Shown piece by piece: positions 37,323-46,356 of a stretch of 64,000 nucleotides of DNA (within the stretch, counting starts at the first letter, position 1; each line of letters starts with the position of its first letter). Under the pieces are notes generated by a model, which made no database searches, was not told the origin of the DNA, and saw nothing but the letters and a program-made list of their open reading frames with translations. Position numbers and translations under genes: made by a program. The stretch comes from Actinomycetes bacterium (GTDB lineage: Bacteria > Actinomycetota > Actinomycetes > DATJPE01). The stretch lies in assembly GCA_035506535.1 (NCBI GenBank), contig DATJPE010000033.1, forward strand, positions 35,506 to 99,505, in the 5' to 3' direction.

Positions 37323-38564
37323 ATGACGACGCCGCCGATCGTGCTGGTCCCCGGATTCTGGCTCGGCGCCTGGGCCTGGGACGAGGTCGCCGACATCCTG
37401 CGGGCCGAGGGGCACGACATCACCGCCGTGACGCTCCCGGGCCTTCGTTCCCCCGACGAGGACCGCGCCCGCGTGCGACTCGCGGACCACGTCGACGCGG
37501 TCTGCGCCGCGGTCTACGCCGCCGGGGCCCCCGTGGTCCTCGCCGTGCACAGCGGCGCCGGAGTTCCCGGGTACGCCGCCAGCGACCGCATCCCCCAGCA
37601 GATCGCCGCCATGGTCTACGTCGACTCCGGACCCGCCACCGGGGCGCTGGACCCGGACTTCGCCGGTGACGACCTGCCCCTGCCCTCCTGGGAGGGTCTG
37701 GTCGCGGACGGGAACAGCATCGAGGGGATCAGCGAGGAGCAGCTCGCCACCTTCCGCGCGCGAGCGCTGCCCCAGCCGGGCGGGGCGATCCGCGACGCGC
37801 CGGTGCTGACCAACCAGGCGCGGCTGGACGTCCCGACCACGGTGATCTGCACCTCGGCGACCGCCACCCAGCTGCAGGAGTGGGTCGGCCAGGGCTACGC
37901 CTGGATCGGCGGCCTCGCCGAGCTGCGCACCGTCGACTACGTCGACCTGCCCACGGGGCACTGGCCGATGTGGTCGCGTCCCGCCGACCTGGCCGCAACC
38001 TTGTCCGGCATCGTCCGCCGGTACTCGGTCGCGGTCGAGCCGCCGTACGCCGGGGACGAGACCGCGACCCTGCTGGGCTCGCTCGAGCGGCAGCGGCGCA
38101 CGCTGGCGTGGAAGTGCGGCGGGCTCGGCTCGGAGGGGATGAACGCGCGGCTGGGCCCGAGCTCGCTGTCCCTCGGCGGGCTGCTCAAGCACATGGCGCT
38201 GGTCGAGGCGAACACGTTCTCGCTCAAGCTCAACGACCACGGGCTCGGACAGCCGTGGGAGTCGGTGGACTTCGATGTCGACCCCGACTGGGAGTTCCGC
38301 ACCGCCGCGCAGGACTCCCCGGCGGAGCTGTTCGCCCTGTGGCGGGCCGCCGTGGCCAGATCGCGCGAGGAGGTCGCGCAGGCGCTGGCCGAGGGCGGCA
38401 TGGACCGCCTATCTCGGCGAGAATGGCCCGACGGGAGGGTGCCCACGTTGCGGCGGCTGGTGGCCGACATGGTCGAGGAGTACGCCCGCCACGTCGGGCA
38501 CGCCGATCTCATCCGGGAGTCCGTCGACGGGCTCACCGGCGAGGATCCCCCGCCGCTACCGTGA
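37323..38564 (+). CDS. Alpha/beta-hydrolase fused to a DinB/DUF664 domain
   Basis: VPGFWLGAWAW, VHSGAG, GHWPM; then ERQRRTLAWKC, KHMALVE, EEYARHVGHADLIRE. Confidence 0.85.
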   Translation: MTTPPIVLVPGFWLGAWAWDEVADILRAEGHDITAVTLPGLRSPDEDRARVRLADHVDAVCAAVYAAGAPVVLAVHSGAGVPGYAASDRIPQQIAAMVYVDSGPATGALDPDFAGDDLPLPSWEGLVADGNSIEGISEEQLATFRARALPQPGGAIRDAPVLTNQARLDVPTTVICTSATATQLQEWVGQGYAWIGGLAELRTVDYVDLPTGHWPMWSRPADLAATLSGIVRRYSVAVEPPYAGDETATLLGSLERQRRTLAWKCGGLGSEGMNARLGPSSLSLGGLLKHMALVEANTFSLKLNDHGLGQPWESVDFDVDPDWEFRTAAQDSPAELFALWRAAVARSREEVAQALAEGGMDRLSRREWPDGRVPTLRRLVADMVEEYARHVGHADLIRESVDGLTGEDPPPLP

Positions 38565-38568
38565 CGGG

Positions 38569-39222
38569 ATGACCGAACCGATCACGGCAGGGCAGTTCCA
38601 CGCCGCCGAGGGCGTCGAGGACTGGCGAGCCCTCTACACCGGCGTCTCGGCCCACTTCCGTACCGGGTCCTTCTCGACGGGCGTGGCGCTGGTCGAGGTC
38701 ATCGGCCGCCTCGCCGACGCCGCCGACCACCACCCTGACGTCGACCTGCGCTACGGCGGGCTCACGGTGCGCCTCGTCACCCACTCCGTGCAGGGGCTGA
38801 GCGATCGCGACGTGGCCCTGGCCCAGCAGATCTCGGCGGCGGCCCGCGAGCTCGGCGTCGCGGCCGACCCCGCGGCGGTCCAGGACGTCGAGGTGGCGAT
38901 CGACGTGCTCGACCTCTCGGCCGTACGGCCGTTCTGGCTGGCCGTCCTCGGCTACCGCGAGGCCGCCGGACGGGACTACCTGGTCGACCCCCACGGCCGC
39001 TGGCCGACCATCTGGTTCCAGCAGATGGACGAGCCACGGCCGCAGCGCAACCGGGTCCACGTCGACATCTGCGTGCCGCACGACGAGGCGCAGACGCGGA
39101 TCGCCGCCGCGGTCGCCGCCGGCGGACGGCTGGTGAGCGCCGAGCACGCCCCGTCCTGGTGGGTGCTCGCGGATCCCGAGGGCAACGAGGCGTGCGTCGC
39201 GACCTGGCAGGGTCGCGACTGA
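38569..39222 (+). CDS. Pterin-4a-carbinolamine dehydratase-like plus VOC/glyoxalase fusion
   Basis: ADHHPDVDLRY..THS; NRVHVDI; ADPEGNEAC. Confidence 0.88.
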   Translation: MTEPITAGQFHAAEGVEDWRALYTGVSAHFRTGSFSTGVALVEVIGRLADAADHHPDVDLRYGGLTVRLVTHSVQGLSDRDVALAQQISAAARELGVAADPAAVQDVEVAIDVLDLSAVRPFWLAVLGYREAAGRDYLVDPHGRWPTIWFQQMDEPRPQRNRVHVDICVPHDEAQTRIAAAVAAGGRLVSAEHAPSWWVLADPEGNEACVATWQGRD

Positions 39223-39226
39223 GGAC

Positions 39227-40783
39227 TCACGCGGCCGCGGCGAGCGCCACGGCCACCATGGCCACCACCAGCAGCGCGAGCGCGAGTGGCCAGACGAAGC
39301 GCAGGTAGCGGTCGTAGCCGACGCGTGCGATCGCCAGACCCCCGACGAGGACGACACTGGTTGGCGACACCATCAGCGTCAGCCCGTGCCCGAGGACCCA
39401 GGCCGTCACGGTCGTCGTCCGGTCGACGCCCGCGAAGTCCGAGAGCGGTGAGAGCAGCGGCATGGCGAGCGTCGCGTGCCCCGAGCTCGACGGGATGAGG
39501 AAGGCGAGCGGGATGTTGATGAGCACCGTCACGGCCGCGAAGACGCCGGCCGACGCGCCACCGACGAGGTGCTCCATCGAGTGCAGGATCGTGTCCAGAG
39601 TCCGGGTGTTGGTCATGATGACCGAGACTCCGCCGGCGAGGAGGACGACCAGTGCCGGGGTCATCATGTCCGCGGCGCCGGCGGCGATGAGCCGGACGAT
39701 CTCCCGCTCGTTCATCCGCGCGACCACGCCGACGACGACCGAGGCGATGAGGAACAGCATCGCCAGCTGCGGGAACCACCAGTTCAGCTCGAACCAGTAC
39801 GGCGTCACGGCGGTCGCGTGCGTCAGGTCGTCCGCCGGACCGGTCGCCGCCCCGAGGATGCTCGACCACGGGATCACCGAGAAGATCATCAGACCGAAGG
39901 CCGCCACGGTGATGCCGAGCACCACCTTCTGGGTGCCGCTCAGGGTCTCGCCTGGGGCGTCGGAGGACTCACCCGTGTGGTCGTCCCAGCCGACGAGCGA
40001 GGCCGCCGGATCCCGGCGCACCCGAGCCGCATAGCGAAGCACCCAGGCGACGGCCAGGCCGGTGATCACCGCCCAGAGGAGCAGCCGAAGGCCGATCCCG
40101 TCGCCTATCGAGACCCGCGCCTCCCCGGAGGCCACCCCGATCGAGAACGGGTTGACGGTCGCTCCCATGACGCCCGCGAGGGCTCCGAGGATGATCATCG
40201 CCGCGGTGACCAGCCGGTCGTAGCCGAGCGCCGCCATCAGCGGGAGGAACAGGGCGTAGAAGCCCAACGTCTCGACCGAGAAGCCCATCGTCGAGCCGAG
40301 CAGTGAGAAGAGCACCATCACCGTGACGATGAGCAGCCAGCCCTTGCTGCGCAGCCGGTGGGCCAGCGCGGCGATCGCCACCTCGAGGCTTCGAGTGGCG
40401 AAGGAGACCGAGATGAACGCTCCGATCGCCATGATGAAGACGATCACCCCGATCTGGCCGAACATCCGCCCGACCGTCTCGGTGTCCACCACGCCGGTGG
40501 CCGGGTTGCGAAGCCCGTACGTGCCGTTGACCGGCGCCAGCAGCAGCTGTTGGACCCGCTCGCCGAAGGTCAGCGGGTTCGGGACCCGGTGGTAGGTCCC
40601 CGGGATCGGCGAGCCGTCCGGGTCGGTGCGATACGCGCCGGCGGGGATGAGAAGAGCGGCGATCCAGACCAGCACGGTGACGATCGCGAGAGTGGTCACC
40701 GCGGAGGGGAAGCTGAAGCCCTTCGCGGGTGCGAACGTCTCGGAACCGTCGCTGTCCTGCGCCTCGGCGGCCGGCGCGGACAT
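39227..40783 (-). CDS. YfcC family (DcuC-like/ArcD2) transporter
   Basis: FSFPSAVT, IPAGAY, NPFSIGVA, PSSSGHA. Confidence 0.88.
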   Translation of the reverse strand: MSAPAAEAQDSDGSETFAPAKGFSFPSAVTTLAIVTVLVWIAALLIPAGAYRTDPDGSPIPGTYHRVPNPLTFGERVQQLLLAPVNGTYGLRNPATGVVDTETVGRMFGQIGVIVFIMAIGAFISVSFATRSLEVAIAALAHRLRSKGWLLIVTVMVLFSLLGSTMGFSVETLGFYALFLPLMAALGYDRLVTAAMIILGALAGVMGATVNPFSIGVASGEARVSIGDGIGLRLLLWAVITGLAVAWVLRYAARVRRDPAASLVGWDDHTGESSDAPGETLSGTQKVVLGITVAAFGLMIFSVIPWSSILGAATGPADDLTHATAVTPYWFELNWWFPQLAMLFLIASVVVGVVARMNEREIVRLIAAGAADMMTPALVVLLAGGVSVIMTNTRTLDTILHSMEHLVGGASAGVFAAVTVLINIPLAFLIPSSSGHATLAMPLLSPLSDFAGVDRTTTVTAWVLGHGLTLMVSPTSVVLVGGLAIARVGYDRYLRFVWPLALALLVVAMVAVALAAAA

Positions 40784-40787
40784 CGCG

Positions 40788-42029
40788 TCAGTAGTCGACC
40801 GGGTCGCGGATGATCGGGCAGGTCATGCAGTGACCGCCGCCACGGCCGCGCCCCAGCTCGGAGCCGACGATGGTGATGACCTCGATGCCCTCCTTGCGCA
40901 ACAGGGTGTTGGCGTAGGTGTTGCGGTCGTAGGCGAACACCACTCCCGGCGAGACCGCCACCAGGTTCGCGCCGCTGTCCCACTGAGTGCGCTCGCGCAG
41001 GTAGTCGCTGCCCCCGGTCTCGACGACGCGCAGCTTCGGCAGGTTGAGCGCACTCGCCACGGTCTCGAGGAACGGCTTCTCCTCCTTGTGCAGCTCGATC
41101 CCTCCGGGCCGGTCAGACGGACGGTAGGAGAACGCCTCGATGCCGAACACGATGTCGGGATAGACCAGGACGCAGTCGCGGTCCGCGAACGTGAAGATCG
41201 TGTCGAGGTGCATGGCCGCGCGCGACTTCGGCATCGCCGCGACGATGACCCGCTCGGCCGCGCCCCGCTCGAAGAGGGCCGCCGCCAGCTGACTGATGCC
41301 CTGCCGGGAGGACCGCTCGCTCATGCCGACCAGCACCGTCTTGTTGCCGATGGGCATGACGTCCCCGCCCTCGAGGGTCGCGCGGCCCCAGTCCCTGGTC
41401 GGGTCGCCCCACCAGACGTTCACCTTGCCGGAGAACTCCGGGTGGAACCGGTAGATCGCCGTGGTGAGGATCGTCTCCTCGTGGCGCGCCGGCCAGAAGA
41501 GCGGGTTCAGCGTGACACCGCCATAGATCCAGCAGGTCGTGTCGCGTGTGTAGAGGGTGTTCGGCAGCGGGGGGAGCAGGTACTCGTTCACCCCCGCCGC
41601 GTCGCGGACCAGGCCGATGGTGTCCCCGCCGTAGGTCTCCGGGAACTCATACGTGGAGAGCCCGCCGATCAGCGTCTCCGCGAGCTCACGGTCGTCGAGC
41701 TGGTCGAGGTAGGCACGGACCTCCTCGACGAGGTCGAGACCGACCTTGTCCGGCACGACCTGCTGGTCGAGGATCCACGCGCGCGCTTCGGGGAGAGCCA
41801 CAGTCTCCGCGAGGAGCGAGTGCATCTCCACGACGTCCACCCCGCGGTCGCGCAGCTTCGCCATGAAGTCGAAGTGGTCACGTTTGGCGTTGTCGACCCA
41901 CATGACGTCGTCGAACAGCAGGTCGTCGCAGTTCGTCGGCGTCAGCCGCTGGTGGGCACGCCCCGGTGCGCACACCATCACCTTGCGAAGCTGGCCGACC
42001 TCCGAATGAACGCCGAACTCCTGGTCCAT
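40788..42029 (-). CDS. arcA: Arginine deiminase
   Basis: [47 protein letters not shown]. Confidence 0.97.
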   Translation of the reverse strand: MDQEFGVHSEVGQLRKVMVCAPGRAHQRLTPTNCDDLLFDDVMWVDNAKRDHFDFMAKLRDRGVDVVEMHSLLAETVALPEARAWILDQQVVPDKVGLDLVEEVRAYLDQLDDRELAETLIGGLSTYEFPETYGGDTIGLVRDAAGVNEYLLPPLPNTLYTRDTTCWIYGGVTLNPLFWPARHEETILTTAIYRFHPEFSGKVNVWWGDPTRDWGRATLEGGDVMPIGNKTVLVGMSERSSRQGISQLAAALFERGAAERVIVAAMPKSRAAMHLDTIFTFADRDCVLVYPDIVFGIEAFSYRPSDRPGGIELHKEEKPFLETVASALNLPKLRVVETGGSDYLRERTQWDSGANLVAVSPGVVFAYDRNTYANTLLRKEGIEVITIVGSELGRGRGGGHCMTCPIIRDPVDY

Positions 42030-42041
42030 CGATCCACCTTC

Positions 42042-43490
42042 TCAGATCGAGATGATTCCCGCAGCGAGAGCGATGACGCCCACCAGGCCACCCGTGACCA
42101 GGACGACGCACAGCACGAGCTCCCGCGGCGTGAACAGCTTTCGTCGGTTCTCCCGGCGGGCCATGACGTAGAGGATCGTGCCCGGCGCGTAGATCACACA
42201 CGATAGGAGCAGGAACTTCGCCCCCGCCGTATAGACGAGGAACAGCGTGTAAACGCTGGCCAACGTGCCGATGAACAGATGGCGACGTCGTGTCTGCGGG
42301 TCGGCCTCGTAGGTGTCACGACGCACGGCGATCTGCAACGCGTACGCAGCGGCGAGGAAGTACGGGATCAGCGACAGGCTGGTGCACAGGTCCAGCATGA
42401 AGTTGAGCGCGTCCTCCGACGCGAGCGTGACGACGAGGAAGATCTGGACGAGCAACGAGGTGAGGATCAGGGCCGCGATCGGGCTCCCGGCGGGGTTCAG
42501 GCGCCTGAGGAACCGCGGCATGTCGTCGTTGGTCGCGGGGATGTACATGACCTCCGCTGCCATCAGGGTCCAGGCGAGATAGGCGCCGAGCACGGAGATG
42601 ACGACCCCGAAGCTGATGAATGTCGACCCCCACGGGACGAGCGACTCCAGCACGGTCCCCATGGACGGCTGCCGAGCGTCGGCGAGCTCGCTGCTCGGCA
42701 GGACGCCGTAGGAGAGGAGGGTGACCAGCGCGAAGATGCTCAGGACGCTCAGGAAGCCGAGAACCGTTGCTCTGCCTACGTCCTCGCGGCGGCGCGCGTA
42801 CCTGGAGTAGACCGAGGCGCCCTCGATCCCGAGGAAGACGAACGTGGTCACGAGCATCGTCGAGCGCACCTGGGTGAACAGGGTCGAGAGCGACGCCGGC
42901 TCTCCTCCCCACCAGTTCAGTTTGAACTGGTGCGAGCTGAAGGACAGCGCGACGACGAGGATGAAGACGAGGATCGGGACCAGCTTGGCCACCGTGACGA
43001 TGCGGTTGATCCCCGCTGCTTCCTTGACGCCACGCGCGATCAGGACGTGGAACACCCACACGCCGATGGACGACAGCGCTACCGCGAGCAGCGTGTCGCC
43101 CTTGCCCAGGCTCGGAAAGGCGCGACCGATCGTGGTCATGATGAAGACCCAGTAGAAGCAGTTGCCGACGCAGGCGCTCGCCCAGTACCCGAACGCGGAG
43201 TTGAACCCGACGTAGTCCCCGAAGCCGGCCTTTGCATAGGCGAAGACACCGGAATCCAGATGTGGCTTGCGGATCGCGAGGTTCTGGAACACCAGGGCCA
43301 GCATCAGCATCCCGACACCGGCGACGATCCAGGCGACGATCGCACCCAGGACGCCAGTTGCGGCCCCGAAACGTGCGGGGAGCGAGAAGACGCCCGCACC
43401 GACCATGGAACCGACGACCATCGCGGTGAGCGTGGGCAGGCTCATACGTGCCAACGAGGTTGGCTGTGTCGCTTCTTCTACCTCGGTCAC
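42042..43490 (-). CDS. arcD: Arginine/ornithine antiporter (APC family)
   Basis: VVGSMVGAGVFSLP, YAKAGFG, FVFLGIEGA. Confidence 0.92.
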   Translation of the reverse strand: MTEVEEATQPTSLARMSLPTLTAMVVGSMVGAGVFSLPARFGAATGVLGAIVAWIVAGVGMLMLALVFQNLAIRKPHLDSGVFAYAKAGFGDYVGFNSAFGYWASACVGNCFYWVFIMTTIGRAFPSLGKGDTLLAVALSSIGVWVFHVLIARGVKEAAGINRIVTVAKLVPILVFILVVALSFSSHQFKLNWWGGEPASLSTLFTQVRSTMLVTTFVFLGIEGASVYSRYARRREDVGRATVLGFLSVLSIFALVTLLSYGVLPSSELADARQPSMGTVLESLVPWGSTFISFGVVISVLGAYLAWTLMAAEVMYIPATNDDMPRFLRRLNPAGSPIAALILTSLLVQIFLVVTLASEDALNFMLDLCTSLSLIPYFLAAAYALQIAVRRDTYEADPQTRRRHLFIGTLASVYTLFLVYTAGAKFLLLSCVIYAPGTILYVMARRENRRKLFTPRELVLCVVLVTGGLVGVIALAAGIISI

Positions 43491-43671
43491 AGTTCGCCTC
43501 CGGTGGCGTGGGGAGGACGTCGTTCGGCGACCCGCAGCGTTCAGGGGATGTCGTACGTGGCCGTGCCACCGAGGCTAACGCGAGACAGATCGGGTCGCAG
43601 ACTTGGCCAGAGCAGGTGATGACGTCAACGCCTGGCACCACAACCGGACGCCGAATCCGCTGAACGAGCGC

Positions 43672-44004
43672 CTACTTGGGCGGCAGCGAGGCAGCGTAAT
43701 CCGTCGAGCGGTCGACCCACTCGCCGAGCCGGTCATCGGTCGTCACGTCGGCGGCCGCCACCCGCAGCCAGCCCTGCATCGGCCGACCCCGCATCACCGC
43801 GACCTCTGCTCCCGTCGAGTCGAGGATGGTGTCCGTCTCAGCGGGGTCGACGCAGACCAGCAGCCCACCCTGCGAGCTGGCCGCGATCGCCATGTTCCCG
43901 TCGAGAAGGAACGCGATCCCACCGAACATCCTCTTCTCGCTGACCCCTGCTCGACCGGTCACGAGGTCGCGGATCCGGTCCGCCAGCTCCACGTCGTACG
44001 CCAT
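43672..44004 (-). CDS. TfoX/Sxy N-terminal family protein
   Basis: MAYDVELADRIR, EKRMFGG, MRGRPMQGW. Confidence 0.85.
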   Translation of the reverse strand: MAYDVELADRIRDLVTGRAGVSEKRMFGGIAFLLDGNMAIAASSQGGLLVCVDPAETDTILDSTGAEVAVMRGRPMQGWLRVAAADVTTDDRLGEWVDRSTDYAASLPPK

Positions 44005-44012
44005 GAATCGGG

Positions 44013-44034
44013 ACGCTACTCGCGACCTCGGACA
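44013..44034 (-). promoter_or_regulatory. Near-match PafBC-type promoter TGTCCG-N10-TAGCGT
   Basis: One mismatch in the hexamer; 8 nt to ATG 44004. Confidence 0.4.
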
Positions 44035-44133
44035 TGACGGGCTGCTCCGTGTCCGGCGAGGGGTGGACGACGCGGGCCAGCGCGAGGAGCCTCGTCCGAG
44101 ACGTCCCCATGCGGGCGAGTCGAGGAGAGATCG

Positions 44134-44550
44134 ATGGCTTCCAGCAAACGCCAGATCGTGGAGACGCAAGCCTGGGCAGGCTACCTCGCGGCGACCCATG
44201 TCCCAGCCGCGGTGCGGGTCGGCAACCGGCTGCTGGTGACCGGGCACACGGGCGAGGACGCGGACGAGGTGTACCCGCCCGACGCCGCCACCCAGATCCG
44301 CAACACCTTCGCCAACGTCGCCGAGACCCTCGCGGCAGCCGGCTCGTCATGGGTCGACGTCGTCTCCGTGACCTCCTATCACGTCGGCCTGGCCGCGCAG
44401 GAGGAGCAGCTGCTCGCCGCCGCGTCCGAGTTCCTCACCCCGCCCTACCCGGCCTGGACCGCCGTGGGCGTCGCTGAGCTCTGGCAGGGCGCCCTCGTCG
44501 AGATCGCCTGCGAAGCCGTGCTGCCCGACGCGCCGCTGACGGCGCCGTGA
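44134..44550 (+). CDS. RidA/YjgF family protein
   Basis: GNRLLVTGHTG, QIRNTFAN, PPYPAWTAVGV, VEI. Confidence 0.9.
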   Translation: MASSKRQIVETQAWAGYLAATHVPAAVRVGNRLLVTGHTGEDADEVYPPDAATQIRNTFANVAETLAAAGSSWVDVVSVTSYHVGLAAQEEQLLAAASEFLTPPYPAWTAVGVAELWQGALVEIACEAVLPDAPLTAP

Positions 44551-44562
44551 GAGCCGGCTGGG

Positions 44563-46257
44563 TCAGGGGGGTTCGCCGTAGTTGGTGATGCGGTGGTCCT
44601 CGGGTGGGGTGGTGTGGGTGCCGCTGGGGGTGGTCCAGGTGATGGACCCGTCGGTCTGGCGCTCAGCGGAGAAGCCGTAGAGCGTCTTGAGCCGGTGGTG
44701 GTGGACGCAGGCCGGGTTGGCGTTGCTGACAGCGGTGTCGCCGCCTTCGCTCCACGGGATCGCGTGGTCGAACTGCATGGCCGCCCGGCCGCAGCCGGGC
44801 GCGCTACATCGTTGGCCGAGGCCGACGAGGTGGTCGCGCATCTTCGGCGTCGGTCGGTAGCGTCGCCGGCCGAGGTCGAGCAGGTGGCCGGTGGCGTCTT
44901 CGTGGACCAGCCGCCGCCAGGAGCTCGAGCGGGCGAGATCGCGGGCCAGTTCGATCGGCAGCGGCCCGTAGCCGGGCAGGTCGGCGTGCCCCTCGCGAAG
45001 GCCGAGCAGGGTGGTGAGGTCGACGTGTACGACGACCTCGCGGGTGGCGTCCCGTCCGGCGCGAAGCCCCTCCGGGGTCCAGGGCTCGGACAGCGGCAGA
45101 CGCACGTACTCGTGCTCGTCCTCGGGCTCCTCCTCGGGCTCGTCCTCGTCCCGACCCTCGTCTTCTGGCTCCTCAGCGGAGAAGCCGGCCGCGCCGGGCG
45201 CGTCCTCGACGGTCTCGCCGTCCGCGACGGGTGCCTCCTCGACGGGTCCCGCTGGCTGCGGCTCGTCAGCGGAGAAGCCATACGCGCTGGGGGCGTCGGC
45301 GATGGGTTCGGTGGGTTCGGCGGGCTCGTCGGTGGGGCTGCCGGCTTCGATATGCTCGAGGAGGGCGGTCAGCTGCGGGGTCTGGGCGATCTCGATCCCG
45401 CTCAGGCGCGCCCAGCGGCGCAGCACCAGGAGCTTGAGCAGCCGCAACGGTATCGGGGGCTTGCCCTGCGCGGCGCGCTGCGCGGCCCAGGCCTTGGCCT
45501 CGGCGTGGATGGCGTTGTCCAGCTCGCGGATGGTGACGACATCGGACTCGATCCACAGGCCCGCGGTGCCGTCGTCACGCTCGTGGCGGCGTACCCCGAA
45601 GTCCTTGGTCCCCCGCAGGAACGCCTCGGACAGCTGCTCGGGGTCGAGGGAGGCGACGACGCGGCGTACGGAGCGGCGGAACGCGGAGACGCTCTGGGAC
45701 TGCGCGCGGGGGAACACCCGCCGCTCCACGACGGCGCACTGCTCGTCGGAGAGCCCGGCCGTCAGCTCGCGCAGCGCGTACAGGTGGCCCATGGTGATCG
45801 CGCCGCGGCCCAGCGCGTCGCGGGCCTTCGGGTAACGGGTGGTCAGGTCGCTGGCCAGCTTGCGCCGCTCGCCGACACCGAACTCCGAGGCGTTGAGCGC
45901 AATGGCCAGGTCGGCGTCGCTCACCTCGGTGAAGTCGCCGTCCATCGGCGCCAGCGGGTACAAAGTGAGGAGGTCCTCCGGCACCGGGGCGCTCACCTTC
46001 GCGACCGCCTCCAGGGCGAGGGCGTGGCAGGCGGTGGCGCAGCGCTGCATCGCCTCGGCGTACTTGATCCGCACCCCGACCGGGTACAGCGTCGGGTCGA
46101 ACCGGGCCAGGACCGCCATCGCGGCCGGCCCCGGCGGCAGCGCGCCGTCCATCACCTCCCACGCGGTCAGCCGCTGTCCCTCGACCGTGTCGTCGACGGC
46201 GTCGTACGGGCGCAGCACCTCGATCCGGAAGCCGAGGGCCGAGGTGACAGGAGGCAT
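44563..46257 (-). mobile_element. DUF222-HNH endonuclease gene (13E12-repeat-like)
   Basis: GAITMGH, VHVDLTTLLG, GYGPLP, YRPT, CSAPGC..FDHAIPWSEGGDT..NANPACVHHHRLKT. Confidence 0.85.
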
Positions 46258-46263
46258 GCAACA

Positions 46264-46286
46264 AATGTACGAGAGGTCACCGACAA
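46264..46286 (-). promoter_or_regulatory. PafBC-type (RecA-NDp) promoter TTGTCGGTG-N8-TACATT
   Basis: Exact match; 6 nt to ATG 46257. Confidence 0.8.
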
Positions 46287-46319
46287 CGCCCACCCCCGCA
46301 GACCAGATTGGGGATAACG

Positions 46320-46340
46320 GCGGCACTCGAGGAGTGCCGC
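46320..46340 (-). terminator. Hairpin downstream of tnaA
   Basis: GCGGCACTC-GAG-GAGTGCCGC. Confidence 0.5.
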
Positions 46341-46356
46341 GTCGTGAGCCCGGTCG

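Noticed and set aside
38569-39222. PCD-VOC fusion as a novelty in itself
   Set aside because: Common actinobacterial architecture; only its context is notable
43491-43671. FNR/ArcR or DosR box upstream of arcD
   Set aside because: The TGACGTCA palindrome has the wrong spacing for TTGAT-N4-ATCAA or TGTGA-N6-TCACA; no GGG-N8-CCC box found
46258-46273. LexA SOS box (TCGTAC-ATTT-GTTGCA) at the DUF222 promoter
   Set aside because: Three mismatches to TCGAAC-N4-GTTCGA; better explained by the exact PafBC promoter, though weak LexA binding cannot be excluded
46320-46340. CIRCE (HrcA) element
   Set aside because: GCACTC/GAGTGC halves are 3 nt apart rather than 9, lack the TTA/TAA flanks, and lie downstream of a gene end
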